A DNA stretch of 64,000 bases from an uncultured Aliivibrio sp. Lineage in GTDB: Bacteria > Pseudomonadota > Gammaproteobacteria > Enterobacterales > Vibrionaceae. Positions 49,693-59,232 of the stretch are shown here, in pieces. Each line of letters starts with the position of its first letter. Positions within the stretch are counted from its first letter, which is position 1. A program made the translations under genes and the position numbers. Under the pieces are notes generated by a model. It saw nothing but the letters and a program-made list of their open reading frames with translations, did no database searches and was not told where the DNA came from. Location of the stretch: contig NZ_CAMLHO010000018.1 of the NCBI RefSeq assembly GCF_946479765.1, positions 7,877 through 71,876 of the forward strand, read 5' to 3'.

Positions 49693-50184
49693 CTATATCG
49701 TTTCTAAATACGTTAAATACAAACGCGCATCAAACTCTAGCTGGTGGTAATCAGGCTCCATGTGACAACATAACGCATAAAATGCCTTGTTATGAGCTTT
49801 CTCTTTAATATGAGCCAACTCATGCACCACCAGCATACGTAGCAATGGCTCCGGCGCTTTACGAAACACACTCGAAATTCGGATCTCATTTTTAGCTTTT
49901 AGCTTATTACCATGAATACGAGAAATGAACGTGTGCAACCCTAATGCATTATTTACAATATGAATTTTAGGATCGTACACCACCTTACTTAACGGTGACG
50001 ATTTTTTAATGTACTTATTCTTTAACGCTTGAGTATATTCAAACAACGCCTTTTCAGACGTAATATCATGCAGCGTTGGGTACTTATTATTCACCCATTC
50101 AGCCAATTTTCCATTCGTAACCATAAGTTCAATTTGAGCCAATATGTGCTCAGGATAGCCTTTTAAATAACGCAGTGTTGTCAT
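49693..50184 (-). CDS. YgjP-like metal-dependent hydrolase (DUF45/M48 superfamily)
   Basis: HEXXH motif VVHELAHIKEKAHNKAFY near the C-terminus, and a length of 163 aa. Confidence 0.7.
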   Translation of the reverse strand: MTTLRYLKGYPEHILAQIELMVTNGKLAEWVNNKYPTLHDITSEKALFEYTQALKNKYIKKSSPLSKVVYDPKIHIVNNALGLHTFISRIHGNKLKAKNEIRISSVFRKAPEPLLRMLVVHELAHIKEKAHNKAFYALCCHMEPDYHQLEFDARLYLTYLETI

Positions 50185-50534
50185 TCTTCTTTACTCATAT
50201 TCTTATTCTAACGTCTTCATCTATTGTACCCGAGTTTCTTTCTCGCTACTCTTTGCTATTAGTTTTTCTTTTCCTCTTCTATTTACAGGCACTGCATGAG
50301 TTTTTCCATACTTTTAAACGCCTAACTAAACACAGTAAAACACAAACAACAATTAACATAAAGATAACAATTTTAGATGAAAATCTGTTTAAAAAGTGAA
50401 GGCGTGCATATTTATGGGATCACCTAAATGATCAGAACGACAAACTCAGTAACCTTTTATTTACTATGGTAAATTTCCTGTAACAATAGCATTTAAAGTC
50501 AGCCTGAAATTCATCGTTAGAATGGAGCTCAAAA

Positions 50535-51923
50535 ATGCACAAAAATGAACATTTACCCTTACCCACTAATACCAAGGAATGGTTTCTGAATAAAAACAGC
50601 CTTATCATTCTCGCCGACGTTACTCTTTTTGCTCTGCTGTATCATTTCCTACCTTTTGAAAGAGAGGTTGTTCTCGGTTTAAGTATCTTAGCGTTTGTTG
50701 CTATTTTATGGTTAACCGAAGCGCTGCACGTCAGTATTACCGCATTGCTCGTTCCCCTACTCGCCGTTGGCTTTGGGATCTTTGATACCACGAAAGCCCT
50801 CAGTAACTTCGCTAACCCAATCATCTTCTTATTCTTAGGTGGCTTTGCGTTAGCTGCTGCTCTACACCGACAAGAACTTGATAAAGTCATTGCAGATAAA
50901 GTATTGGTGCTCGCTAAAGGTAAGATGAGCACCGCTGTCTTTATGCTGTTTGGTGTCACTGCTGGCCTATCAATGTGGATAAGTAACACCGCCACCACCG
51001 CAATGATGCTGCCGCTGGTTTTGGGTGTTCTAAGTAAAGTAAACTCAAAGACAGGCCATAATACCTATGTCTTTGTACTGCTAGGTATTGCTTACTGTGC
51101 CAGTATTGGAGGAATTTCAACGATTGTAGGTAGCCCGCCGAATGCCATTGCTGCGGCTGAAGTAGGCCTAAGCTTTACTGAATGGATGGCATTTGGGGTC
51201 CCTGTAACCTTAATTCTATTACCTGTTACCGTCGCTCTATTGTATGTCATGCTAAAGCCAAACCTAAATGAAGTATTCGAACTAAACCACGAGCCAGTAA
51301 CATGGGACAAAGGTAAAGTCGTTACTCTCATGATCTTTGGTCTTACCGTTACGCTATGGATCTTCAGTAAACCCATTAATTCAATGCTAGGTGGCTTCTC
51401 AAAATTCGATACCTTAGTTGCATTGATGGCGATTGTGTTACTTGGCTTCTCTCGAGTTGTACATTGGAAAGACGTTGAAAAAACCACAGACTGGGGCGTT
51501 CTACTGTTATTTGGTGGTGGTATTTGTTTAAGTAACATCTTAAAAGCAACAGGGACAAGTAGCTTCTTAGCACACAGCCTAAGTGATATTTTATCGCAAG
51601 CTGGGATCATATTTACCATTTTAACTGTAGCTGCGTTCGTTGTGTTCTTAACCGAATTTGCCAGTAATACCGCAAGTGCTGCATTGCTCATCCCTGTGTT
51701 TGCTAGCGTTGCTGAAGTGCTTGGGATCTCGCCTGTGGTGCTTTCCGCCATGATAGCTATCTCAGCCTCTTGTGCCTTTATGCTACCCGTTGCAACACCG
51801 CCAAACGCAATTGTATTTGGCTCGGGTCACATAAAGCAATCTGAGATGATGCGCGTTGGTATTTATCTCAACCTAGTGTGTATTGTTATTCTTACTGCTT
51901 TCGCTTCAGTCTTCTGGGCGTAA
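50535..51923 (+). CDS. DASS/SLC13-family anion:sodium symporter
   Basis: 462-aa polytopic protein with duplicated SNTA(T/S)(T/A)AM(M/L)LP hairpin motifs ([13 protein letters not shown] and [12 protein letters not shown]). Confidence 0.8.
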   Translation: MHKNEHLPLPTNTKEWFLNKNSLIILADVTLFALLYHFLPFEREVVLGLSILAFVAILWLTEALHVSITALLVPLLAVGFGIFDTTKALSNFANPIIFLFLGGFALAAALHRQELDKVIADKVLVLAKGKMSTAVFMLFGVTAGLSMWISNTATTAMMLPLVLGVLSKVNSKTGHNTYVFVLLGIAYCASIGGISTIVGSPPNAIAAAEVGLSFTEWMAFGVPVTLILLPVTVALLYVMLKPNLNEVFELNHEPVTWDKGKVVTLMIFGLTVTLWIFSKPINSMLGGFSKFDTLVALMAIVLLGFSRVVHWKDVEKTTDWGVLLLFGGGICLSNILKATGTSSFLAHSLSDILSQAGIIFTILTVAAFVVFLTEFASNTASAALLIPVFASVAEVLGISPVVLSAMIAISASCAFMLPVATPPNAIVFGSGHIKQSEMMRVGIYLNLVCIVILTAFASVFWA

Positions 51924-51942
51924 TCAAACACTCTAAAATGAC

Positions 51943-51977
51943 GATGGCCTCTGCTAAAAACAGAGGCCATCTTTTTT
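51943..51977. terminator. Rho-independent terminator (possibly bidirectional)
   Basis: GATGGCCTCTG-N7-CAGAGGCCATC followed by TTTTTT. Confidence 0.85.
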
Positions 51978-51997
51978 ACAATAACCAATAACAGTAA

Positions 51998-52945
51998 TTA
52001 ACGCCAAAACTCATCATTAGGATCGCTCTCTTCACACCACGCATTATCTCTTCGTGCCGCTAAATACCATTGCAAACCATCAAATAAACCAAACGCCGCT
52101 GGACCACCTAGATGCTCAAATGCATCAAAAAACGCATCTTCTTGCTCAACTAACCTCTCTAGTGAATGACACGAATGCGTTATCGCCCACTCGATGGCCT
52201 CAGGCTGAGCAATCGCCCCATCCATCACTACAGCAACAAGAGGCAAAACCGCACTTGATTGCTCTGCTTCATTTAACTCACGAAGATCGTCTTTATCTTG
52301 CTCTTGGCTTTTTATCTCATCAATAATTGCCCGACGATCTCGGTAAGAGACTTCACGATTTAAGGTTGCAATACGTAATGCATAAGCAAAACGCTCAGAT
52401 CCAACAATTTCCACAATTGTCTCTAATAACACCAAATCCAATGACAAGGCTTTTACGTGGTACTCAATACAGGCTTGAATACTCAAATAGCGTACACCAT
52501 TGAATTCATAACCATAACTTTCATCGTAACCATCTAATGGATCTCCATCGACCGAGATATCCCACCCAATATATTCCACTCGCGCCTTGGCTATTTCATA
52601 CATCGGCCACGCACTTTTACCAAACCCTTCCAAAATGGCACCATCGAACTCAGATTCTTCTAACTCTTCTTTGGTCCACTGCAAACCAATACCCAAATGC
52701 TTAGCGTACTTATTCATTAATGCATGTTTAATTTGATCTCGAAACGACCAGATAGATTCAGACACCCCAGCCGCAGGCAAAGCCAAGCACTCTTTACAGG
52801 CCGGAATTTCAATCGGTTGATGGGTAATTTGACTAGCTTGATGAGACGATTTAGGGAAAGAAAGGAGATCGAACGAAGGCTCACCACAAAACCAACAGGT
52901 GTGTCTGAGGTTAAAAGGAATATCAATAAGAGAATAATGAGCCAT
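51998..52945 (-). CDS. Hypothetical acidic protein with N-terminal zinc-ribbon-like CxxC...CxxC
   Basis: 315-aa ORF with CWFCGEPS...CKEC at the N-terminus. The remainder is acidic and unrecognised. Confidence 0.55.
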   Translation of the reverse strand: MAHYSLIDIPFNLRHTCWFCGEPSFDLLSFPKSSHQASQITHQPIEIPACKECLALPAAGVSESIWSFRDQIKHALMNKYAKHLGIGLQWTKEELEESEFDGAILEGFGKSAWPMYEIAKARVEYIGWDISVDGDPLDGYDESYGYEFNGVRYLSIQACIEYHVKALSLDLVLLETIVEIVGSERFAYALRIATLNREVSYRDRRAIIDEIKSQEQDKDDLRELNEAEQSSAVLPLVAVVMDGAIAQPEAIEWAITHSCHSLERLVEQEDAFFDAFEHLGGPAAFGLFDGLQWYLAARRDNAWCEESDPNDEFWR

Positions 52946-53002
52946 AGGGTTTCCATACTAAAAAAGAAAACCCTAGTTTAACTGATACTGAGTATTAAGA
53001 AA

Positions 53003-53125
53003 TTACTCTTTTCCTCTCAATATACGAAATGTATGTATCGCCATTGGAATAATGATCACTGCCAAGCCAATGATTAAAAATTCCATAAATATCATGAATG
53101 CACTTTGTGATTCACTAAAAAACAT
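53003..53125 (-). CDS. Possible small hydrophobic peptide (40 aa)
   Basis: Manual translation gives MFFSESQSAFMIFMEFLIIGLAVIIIPMAIHTFRILRGKE, a single TM helix with a basic tail. It is below the ORF-track cutoff and no SD was checked. Confidence 0.25.
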   Translation of the reverse strand: MFFSESQSAFMIFMEFLIIGLAVIIIPMAIHTFRILRGKE

Positions 53126-53555
53126 GCCGCCACCCTGAATTAATTAAGCCGTTATCACCTAGCCCAGTGATACTATTTTTGTATCTATACTCTGGGTTGA
53201 TTATTTTAGAGTTTTATCTCTATTATTTTCATTCTACGTATTATGCTGCTTTCCTTTGTAGTTTTATATATTTTATTCACAAAAAACAGAGCTTACATCA
53301 CAATTAACGAACCAAGTTAACTTACTGATATTAAACACAATAAATAACCGACTAAAAATAACGCTTATAGATAAGACGAAACAACACAACACGCTATTTA
53401 CTCAAGCAGCTCGCATTACCAACTATCACAACCTGAGTAAAGGGAGTAACCGAAGAATAAAGCAGTAGGAGTGAGAAAAACCAAAGCTAAACATTATTAA
53501 GGAAAAGAAAAGCTTGGTATGATTTGATAAAGATATTTTATATGGTTAAGTCATC

Positions 53556-54140
53556 ATGGCTGATAGCAATTATTACAATAACAATGCAGATACTTTTTTC
53601 ACAAATACCGTTGATGTAGATGTAAGCTCTCTCTATCAGGAGTTTACACCTTACCTTCCTGCCAATGCTAGCGTCATTGATGCTGGATGCGGTTCAGGCC
53701 GAGACACTCTGTATTTTTTAAAACAAGGTTATGACGTTATTGCGTTTGATGCGAGTAAACAATTAGTTTCACTCGCCACAATGCAGACACTGCATCCTAT
53801 TTCACATACCACCTTCTTAAAATTTACAACGAAAAAAGAAAGCCAAGATGGTATCTGGGCCTGTGCTTCTTTGCTTCATGTACCTATGAATGAATTACGA
53901 CAAACATTCCTTTACCTCAGCCAATTTCTTAAAAAAAATGGCATTTTCTATTGCTCATTCAAATATGGAGATAATGAAGTAGAACGAAATGGACGTCGTT
54001 TTACCAATCTGAATGAGACACGACTAGAAAAATTACTTATTACTCTACCGCTTTCCGTCAAAGCAATATGGATCACAGAAGATGTACGCCCAGATCATGC
54101 AAATGAACAATGGCTAAATGTAATTTTAGTTAAGTTATAA
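53556..54140 (+). CDS. Class I SAM-dependent methyltransferase (small-molecule-MTase-like)
   Basis: Motif I VIDAGCGSGRDT and post-I acidic residue (VIAFDAS). No (D/N)PP(Y/F) or PCQ/ENV DNA-MTase motifs are seen. Confidence 0.75.
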   Translation: MADSNYYNNNADTFFTNTVDVDVSSLYQEFTPYLPANASVIDAGCGSGRDTLYFLKQGYDVIAFDASKQLVSLATMQTLHPISHTTFLKFTTKKESQDGIWACASLLHVPMNELRQTFLYLSQFLKKNGIFYCSFKYGDNEVERNGRRFTNLNETRLEKLLITLPLSVKAIWITEDVRPDHANEQWLNVILVKL

Positions 54141-55262
54141 CCCTTTGAATAAAGTCATTCGGTGATGCTTTAAATATTTCTCATGCTCTCTATTTACATG
54201 GAAAGCCATTCCATCTGTAATACCTAAAATATCAGGTTTTTCTAACTGCCTAGATACCATAACTTTTCCTGAGTTTTCAAAAGAAATAAAACCAAGATCA
54301 AACGCTTTATCTAAATTAGCAAGTAATAATAAACCGTTAAATTTATCCAGACGCTCATCATTATTTGCATCTCGCCAAGGTTTGATATGTGAAGCAACCA
54401 ACATCTGTGTATTTTTATATCCAGTGACCGAACAGCCTTTCCACATTTCAATAAGTTGCTTTCTAAAGGTACCTTGCCCCATTCGAGTATTAACCATTAT
54501 TGATTTTTCAGTTTGAGTCAGTTTTTTATCTTCAAAAATATTTTTAAGATCTGTCTTAACGTCGATTTGAGATAAATCAGAAAGAAAACGTTGATATGAG
54601 TTTAGGGCTGCGCTGTACATACTATTGCCCCTAGCATTAAATTCTTTAAATTTGTCTAAGGAACGAGCACTTTCAGAAAGACGACAAAATTCACGAAAAG
54701 ACTTTATTTCAGTTAATGGTTCATCAAGAAGTCTCTCTTGTATCATCCAATTGGAAATTGACCCTTTAATTGCTTGAGAATAATTTCTAGCCGTCTTTTC
54801 TGATTTGCCAACATCAAGAAGCCACTGAATATATAGATCCGTTAAATCTGACAAATTTTCCACTAAAGAGTCTTTAAAATCATTAACCACTATCGGACTT
54901 TTGAGGTAATCAAACAGCTCTTCATCTAAATAGGCATAATCAACCGCTTTATTTGAGTACCCTTTAATAAGAGAAGCATCGATACCTTCTTGATAAGCTA
55001 AATGCCAAAAGCCTTCATTTTTAAGATGGAAAAAAGGATTTTCAGGAGTATCTCTATCTTGCCCTTGCTTACGCTCATTAAAGAAATGAGTAAACCGATC
55101 TTTTAATGTTGCATCAAGCTTAATCTTATTCTCATAGATATAGCCTGCCTGTATTAAATCCATAACAGAAAGCAACATGCAGACTTTATGAGGACTCTTT
55201 CGTCCTTTGTTATTATTCATGTTCAAGTTACGGAATTTGTCTACATAATAATCGACAGGCAT
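54135..55262 (-). CDS. HNH_2-type endonuclease with N-terminal DNA-recognition-like module (Type IV restriction-like)
   Basis: C-terminal HNH_2 pattern CSVTGYKNTQMLVASHIKPW...NGLLLLANLDKAFDLGFISF. N-terminal KSPHKVCMLLSVMDLIQAG...PFFHLKNEGFWHL resembles the reader domains fused to McrA/SBD-type nucleases (recognised from memory). Confidence 0.7.
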   Translation of the reverse strand: MPVDYYVDKFRNLNMNNNKGRKSPHKVCMLLSVMDLIQAGYIYENKIKLDATLKDRFTHFFNERKQGQDRDTPENPFFHLKNEGFWHLAYQEGIDASLIKGYSNKAVDYAYLDEELFDYLKSPIVVNDFKDSLVENLSDLTDLYIQWLLDVGKSEKTARNYSQAIKGSISNWMIQERLLDEPLTEIKSFREFCRLSESARSLDKFKEFNARGNSMYSAALNSYQRFLSDLSQIDVKTDLKNIFEDKKLTQTEKSIMVNTRMGQGTFRKQLIEMWKGCSVTGYKNTQMLVASHIKPWRDANNDERLDKFNGLLLLANLDKAFDLGFISFENSGKVMVSRQLEKPDILGITDGMAFHVNREHEKYLKHHRMTLFKGL

Positions 55263-55475
55263 ACATCATCCTATAAATAGCTTTAAGTTAGAATAAAATC
55301 ATGAAACTAATAATACTATACATTCTAGAAACTCATTAATATTAGTCAATATTTTATCGTAAAAAAACATAAAAAATATCAATAAATCAAAATGTTAGTT
55401 TATTTAGTTATTAATCACTTTTTTTAATAGAATATTAAACTATAATTCGGACAACATTCTTGTTTCGAGTAGTAC

Positions 55476-57346
55476 ATGGCTGAATTAATACCAACATTAA
55501 ACACCTGCTTATCAAAAATGACATCAGGTGAGAGACGCTTTGCTCAGCGTCTAGAGAGCTTATTAGAAGATGATTATATATGTTGGTATGACATTCCTGT
55601 CGGGCGTCTACGCCGTTACCCTGACTTTATTATTCTACATCCTGCTCGAGGGTTGCTATTTCTTGAAGTAAAAGACTGGAAACTCGATACAATAAAGAGT
55701 ATTGATTCCTGCCGAGTTGAACTACTTACCCCTAAAGGAATTGAAACAACAAGTAATCCAATTGAACAAGTTCGTCAATGCAGTTATCAAGTTATTGATA
55801 AACTCAAACGAGATAAATTGCTCATCAATCAAGAAGGGAAATACACTGGAAACTTATGTCTTCCTTACGGTTATGGTGTTGTACTAACCAATATTACTCG
55901 AACACAGTTAGATAGATCCATTCCCTTAGAAGCACAAGATTCAATACTTCCTCATCACTTAGTGATCTGCAAAGATGAAATGGTAAGTACAATGGATCCA
56001 GAGCAGTTTCAATCTAAGTTATGGCGTATGTTTAATTATCAGTTTGGAGATAAACTAACGTTACCTCAGATTGACCGTATTCGTTGGCATCTGTTCCCTG
56101 AGATTCGGATTTCAACATCAGTTCAACATCAGTTCAACAAACTTTACTTCCTTTAGAAGATAAAACCGAAGCCTTAAATCTACATAATCATATTCCCGAT
56201 ATCATTAAGATAATGGATATTCAACAAGAGCAATTAGCTCGAAGTTTGGGTGATGGGCATCGTGTTATTCATGGTGTCGCAGGATCTGGTAAAACTCTAA
56301 TTTTAGGCTACCGTTGCTTGCATTTAGCAGATCAATTAAAGAAGCCTATTCTTGTTCTCTGCTTTAACATCACATTAGCAGCAAGATTACGCAGCTTTAT
56401 TGATGACAAAGGCATTTCTGGACAAGTTCAGGTCTATCACTTTCACGATTGGTGCGGCCAACAAATTAAAACCTACCACTTAGATGTAATGAAAAGTGAG
56501 GCTCCTTATTGGGAACGACAAGTTGAAACTGTTATAAATGGCGTTGAAAAAGGGGTTATTCCAAAGGGGCAATATGGTGCATTACTTATTGATGAAGGGC
56601 ATGATTTTGAAGCCGAGTGGCTTACTTTAGTTACTCAAATGATAGACCCTGATACCAACTCCCTTTTATTGCTTTATGATGATGCTCAGTCTATCTATAC
56701 AAAGAAAGGAAATTTAGATTTCAGTTTAGCTAGTGTGGGGATTCAAGCCCAAGGTCGAACGACTGTATTGCGTTTAAATTATCGTAACACTAGAGAAATA
56801 CTGACATTTTCTTATCAGTTTGCTAAACAATATTTCGAAAATTCTGATGTAAAAGAGATCCCATTGATTCATCCTGAATCGGCAGGCATTACTGGCTCTC
56901 ACCCTGTTGTTAAGAAGTTTTCAACAATAGAAAAAGAGATTGAATATGCAATAAAATGCTTATTGCACTGGCAAAAACATGGTTATGCATGGAGTGATAT
57001 TGCGATTATCTATCCTTGTAAACACATTGGCACTTTAGTGGCTAATACTTTAAAAAAGAAAAATATTCCTTATATACTACTCGCTAAACCTGAATATAAG
57101 AGAAAATATAATCCTGCTAAAAATGTAGTCAATGTACTGCCAATTCCTAGTAGTAAAGGACTAGAATTTAAAACTGTCGTGATTTTAAACGCCTCACATA
57201 TTCCGAAAAAAAGCAGCGACCGCTCAGAAGATATCCGTCGTCTATATGTTGGAATGACACGTGCAACTCATAATTTACTTACGACTTATCATCAAGAAAA
57301 TGAGTTAAGCGAAAGCCTTGAAGCTGCGGTTACAATAAATGTATAA
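55476..57346 (+). pseudogene. NERD-domain / SF1 (UvrD-like) helicase fusion gene split by an 11-bp tandem duplication
   Basis: ORF1 (55476-56156) has the NERD pattern RRYPDFIILHPARGLLFLEVKDW. ORF2 (56213-57346) has Walker A GVAGSGKT, Walker B LLIDEGHD and C-terminal YVGMTRAT. Deleting one TTCAACATCAG unit joins both frames with no stop, giving 619 codons. Confidence 0.75.
56111..56139 (+). repeat. 11-bp tandem duplication TTCAACATCAG x2 plus partial TTCAACA
   Basis: Read directly: TTCAACATCAG TTCAACATCAG TTCAACA. The premature TAG follows at 56154-56156. Confidence 0.95.
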
Positions 57347-57476
57347 CCCCCAGCCCTTATTGTGACCCGTAGGGCCAAGACACAGCGAAGCGTTTTGTGG
57401 CTTGGTTGAGCCATTGGGGTTTGCGAAGAATGAGCGGCCCCAATTCGCGAGATAAAGCAGGTTGCCCGAAGGGTGC
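57347..57476. other. GC-rich, hairpin-dense ~130-bp element of unknown nature (structured RNA or repeat element candidate)
   Basis: It starts right after the helicase stop and is conspicuously GC-rich against AT-rich flanks. Stems are CCAAGACACA/TGTGGCTTGG (57375-84/57396-405) closing a GCGAAGC loop, GCCCT/AGGGC, and ATTGGGG/CCCCAAT. Confidence 0.4.
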
Positions 57477-57480
57477 TTTA

Positions 57481-57513
57481 ATGACTAAGAAATAAAGCCT
57501 ATCTCTTAGTCAT
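57481..57513. terminator. Perfect 10-bp stem hairpin ATGACTAAGA-N13-TCTTAGTCAT
   Basis: It lies 7 bp beyond the stop of the minus-strand 78-aa ORF. There is no clear U-tract on either strand. Confidence 0.4.
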
Positions 57514-57519
57514 CAATTA

Positions 57520-57756
57520 TTAAGCGATGTTGTTTAGGTTGCGCTGTTGATCCATGTATACCTTTAATCGGTTTACTCTTGATTCAATCTCTTTTTCTCT
57601 TAGCTCCCCACGCTTCATTGCGAAATTAATGGCTTGTTGGTCGTACACACCTTCATTTTGCATTTTCATATAACTAATGCTGTTTTTAAGTACTTCTTGA
57701 CTTCTGTCTCGCTCAATTGATTCGGTTTGAATTTTGCCAATTGCTTCTACTTTCAT
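57520..57756 (-). CDS. Hypothetical small coiled-coil protein (78 aa)
   Basis: ORF only, charged and helical in composition. Confidence 0.35.
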   Translation of the reverse strand: MKVEAIGKIQTESIERDRSQEVLKNSISYMKMQNEGVYDQQAINFAMKRGELREKEIESRVNRLKVYMDQQRNLNNIA

Positions 57757-57873
57757 ATAAACCTCAAACTACGATGTTTTTTATTATTTTATGGAACATT
57801 AGATCCAAGTTCTGTAGCGGTCAAGTAAAACTGGAGGTATTCAGCATGTGAGTATGAAAAATGCCTCTAATTT

Positions 57874-58728
57874 TTACTTCATTATTGGATAGGTGAAAAA
57901 TACAAGGTGAGCAAAATTAGACAAGAAGTGGAATAACACGGCAACCCACAAACGCGAGCTGTAGTGGTAGGCTAACCCATAGCCAACGCCTGCTAATGCT
58001 GCAAAAGCGACCAGTAATAATCCACCGCCAATATGAGCTAAACCAAAGAGTAAGCTTGCTATTGCCACACCCGTTATCCAACCAAATCGCTTACTTAATG
58101 ATTGCTGTATAAACCCACGAAAGAAGGCTTCTTCTGCTACACAGGTAAGTAATAAGTTATTTAATGCAAATAACCACCACCAGTTTGGGATGGTTAACTC
58201 GGGTTGTAATGCGCCTAATCCCCACGCTATTGGCAATAAGCTGAATAAGGGTATGGAGGTGAGTATAATGGCTTTTTTATTGAACGTTGCTTTACTTCCC
58301 AAGATGGTGGGATAAGCCAATAGTAGCCCAAAGAAGATGAATGGTTTATCTAGGTTTAAGTACATGGAAAACGGAATGCTTTGTGGCCCTGTGATAACGG
58401 CATCAAGCACTTTGGCATTAGTAAAACCTGGGATTAAGTGTAGAAAAAGAGCCACACACCAAAGGAAGATAAATAGGTAAGCACCTATCTGCCATTTGCG
58501 TTCTAAATTTGGGGTTTTATAAGCAATAAAAAGGCCGACAGTAAGAAAAACTAAGCCGGTTATATTTAACCTTTCTTCTATTATCCCTCCTACTAAGCTG
58601 ACGCCAAGCAGGGCTAAACTGGGTTTTATCTGATGACAAAAAGCAAATACAATGGCCAAAGCAAGTGGCAGCCAGATCCACATTGAGAGGTCTAAAATCA
58701 TAACAAGTCCTTTAAAAAGTAATAGCAA
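57874..58728 (-). CDS. CPBP-family intramembrane glutamic endopeptidase (CAAX protease/Abi-like)
   Basis: Motifs EEAFFRGF, FGLAH and HFLSN in a polytopic membrane protein. Confidence 0.8.
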   Translation of the reverse strand: MLLLFKGLVMILDLSMWIWLPLALAIVFAFCHQIKPSLALLGVSLVGGIIEERLNITGLVFLTVGLFIAYKTPNLERKWQIGAYLFIFLWCVALFLHLIPGFTNAKVLDAVITGPQSIPFSMYLNLDKPFIFFGLLLAYPTILGSKATFNKKAIILTSIPLFSLLPIAWGLGALQPELTIPNWWWLFALNNLLLTCVAEEAFFRGFIQQSLSKRFGWITGVAIASLLFGLAHIGGGLLLVAFAALAGVGYGLAYHYSSRLWVAVLFHFLSNFAHLVFFTYPIMK

Positions 58729-58881
58729 CGTCTAAGTGCGTCTTAAATGTGATACTAAGCCTACTGATAGGCTGCAACAATGAAAAGATAAATACACTTT
58801 TTTGTCGATGTTTTTAAAGGACTGTCTCTTTATGGTGACTTTATTTTACTTAATCACCTTTCAATGATCTCTAGAGGTTAT

Positions 58882-59232
58882 TTACTCTGTCTGTTGGCTT
58901 AATAGCATTTCATCTAAACCACCACCATTATGTACTTGGGTAAAGCCTTCTTGTTGTAGGTAACTCATGGCTTTACCTGAGCGGTTTCCACTGCGGCAAT
59001 AGACAACGATGGGGGTGTCTTTGTCTATGTTGGCAAAAGCTGTATCTACTGTGTTTAACGGGAGGTTGGCGGCGTCTTTTAAGTGTCCTTGGTTAAATTC
59101 ACCTGGGGTGCGTACGTCGATAAGTAATGCGCCTTGCTCGATAAGATCCCACGCTTTATCACCTCGCTCTGAAGCCCAACTGGTAAAAGAGGCCATAGCA
59201 AGTAGTAGACTCAACCCTACTTTGGTTTTCAT
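58882..59232 (-). CDS. Periplasmic rhodanese-domain sulfurtransferase (PspE-like)
   Basis: Signal peptide and active-site loop CRSGNRS. Confidence 0.8.
   Translation of the reverse strand: MKTKVGLSLLLAMASFTSWASERGDKAWDLIEQGALLIDVRTPGEFNQGHLKDAANLPLNTVDTAFANIDKDTPIVVYCRSGNRSGKAMSYLQQEGFTQVHNGGGLDEMLLSQQTE

Noticed and set aside
51092-51751. 219-aa minus-strand ORF inside the DASS transporter gene, and similar antisense ORFs at 2197-2580, 30171-30569, 59625-60125 and 8334-8600
   Set aside because: They are mirror-frame ORFs opposite strongly supported membrane or PTS genes. Their Ala/Thr/Ser/Pro-rich low-information translations are typical of antisense artefacts.
57347-57476. Integron attC (VCR-like) site interpretation of the GC-rich element
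   Set aside because: The ends do not give a proper RYYYAAC...GTTRRRY pair. The left end GTATAAC is 6 of 7, the only GTTRRRY match (GTTGAGC) lies mid-element, and the terminal arms pair poorly. There is also no intI and no array of similar sites in 64 kb. It is kept only as an open possibility within the finding.
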